A stretch of 52,196 bases of DNA. Origin: a virus. Taxonomy: Duplodnaviria; Caudoviricetes. The first letter of the stretch is position 1. Each line of letters begins with the position of its first letter. The notes beneath the pieces are model-generated. The model made no database searches, was not told the DNA's origin, and saw only the letters and a list, made by a program, of their open reading frames with translations. The DNA lies in IMG/VR virus record IMGVR_UViG_3300034375_003040, positions 1-52,196 of that record, one strand, 5' to 3'. The position numbers and the translations under genes were made by a program. Of this stretch, positions 51,469 to 52,196 are shown one piece after another.

Positions 51469-51671
51469 TCTAATATATAATCTGTTATACACTCGCCTGA
51501 TGGTTGGCCGTCGATGTATAGCATAGCGCTTGGGCAAATGCCTTCGCTTAATACTATGTCGACCAACTCTTCTATTGTGCTAGCGCCAAGCCATTGCTCG
51601 TCGTTAACTTTAATACTGTATTCATGTGCAGACTTACCGTACACTACTGTATCTCTATAAAATGCACTCAT
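51465..51671 (-). CDS. Hypothetical protein
   Basis: 68 aa, ATGA-coupled on both sides. Confidence 0.5.
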   Translation of the reverse strand: MSAFYRDTVVYGKSAHEYSIKVNDEQWLGASTIEELVDIVLSEGICPSAMLYIDGQPSGECITDYILE

Positions 51672-52168
51672 GATAAATTGTATCTGTGTCCGTTAACTAT
51701 TACTTGTACTTCATCGCCAAATGGCAATCTATTGCTTGGCTTGTTGTTATAATCTCTTACATACGCTTCGCGCAAGCAGTCCATAACGTAATCACTCATT
51801 ATATACGTAGGTTTTTGATAGTAGTTCTTGATAATGAACTTAGCTAAATATATAAGACGTTCTTCCCAACCGTCAATGAGTATACGCTCTTTGCCTGTCA
51901 TGCCTGATTCGTACACTACTGGCTTAGTTTTATTGATTTGGTAAGAACTTGATAAGCCTTCGGTGACGTTACGTACATAACCTGTAGTATACGTAGCAAA
52001 GCGTAAAGGTTTAGGGTTTAGTGTTTGCCACACTTGGCTGATTGGTAGTTCATATACTGTTGTACCGTTACTACGTTGACGGTCTGTAGTGACATCTTTG
52101 ATACCTAGTATCTTGAAGATAGTATTTGCCTCGCGGGCTGATTTAATTTCTGTTGATAAGTATTCCAT
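51668..52168 (-). CDS. Hypothetical protein
   Basis: Long ORF; ATG at 52168 preferred over TTG at 52177. Confidence 0.55.
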   Translation of the reverse strand: MEYLSTEIKSAREANTIFKILGIKDVTTDRQRSNGTTVYELPISQVWQTLNPKPLRFATYTTGYVRNVTEGLSSSYQINKTKPVVYESGMTGKERILIDGWEERLIYLAKFIIKNYYQKPTYIMSDYVMDCLREAYVRDYNNKPSNRLPFGDEVQVIVNGHRYNLS

Positions 52169-52196
52169 ATTATTCAAACATATCTAATTTAGTTAT

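Noticed and set aside
1-52196. tRNA genes, integrase/att sites, alternative genetic code
   Set aside because: No cloverleaf or integrase recognised; long ORFs are intact in the standard code and TAA, TAG and TGA all serve as stops

Overview
AT-rich, gene-dense 52.2 kb segment of a lytic tailed dsDNA phage, most likely podovirus-like and infecting Bacteroidota/Flavobacteriia. The host is inferred from A-rich start contexts without Shine-Dalgarno sites, TAnnTTTG promoter boxes, an Hc1-like gene and a DUF5675 gene. There are two convergent arms. The + arm (1-37996) is the virion/lysis module: terminase (5'-truncated), portal, scaffold-like protein, major capsid, tail ring/nozzle proteins with large insertions, three putative ejection proteins including a 2587-aa multi-enzyme protein, small basic proteins, a lysis cassette, tandem paralogues and a modular tail fibre. 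The - arm (37993-52196) is the early/replication module: Hc1-like protein, class II RNR, endonuclease, MazG-like proteins, a thymidylate-synthase-fold enzyme carrying the dCMP-hydroxymethylase signature, primase-helicase, SSB, exonuclease plus ERF, a phage sigma factor, an HTH protein, a DenV-like protein, a gp88-like protein and many small ORFs. I saw no DNA polymerase, integrase, tRNA or CRISPR array. Most notable: (1) a candidate cytosine-modification module; (2) a recurring TAAA-N15-GTAAYnnT motif with a host-type promoter abutting the sigma gene and an operator-like inverted repeat, together suggesting a transcriptional cascade; (3) the polyvalent injected protein; (4) apparently nested domain insertions in the tail nozzle; (5) a duplicated endolysin-start scar; (6) a small hydrophobic ORF antisense to the terminator of the - arm. 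All family assignments come from motif recognition and recall, not database searches.
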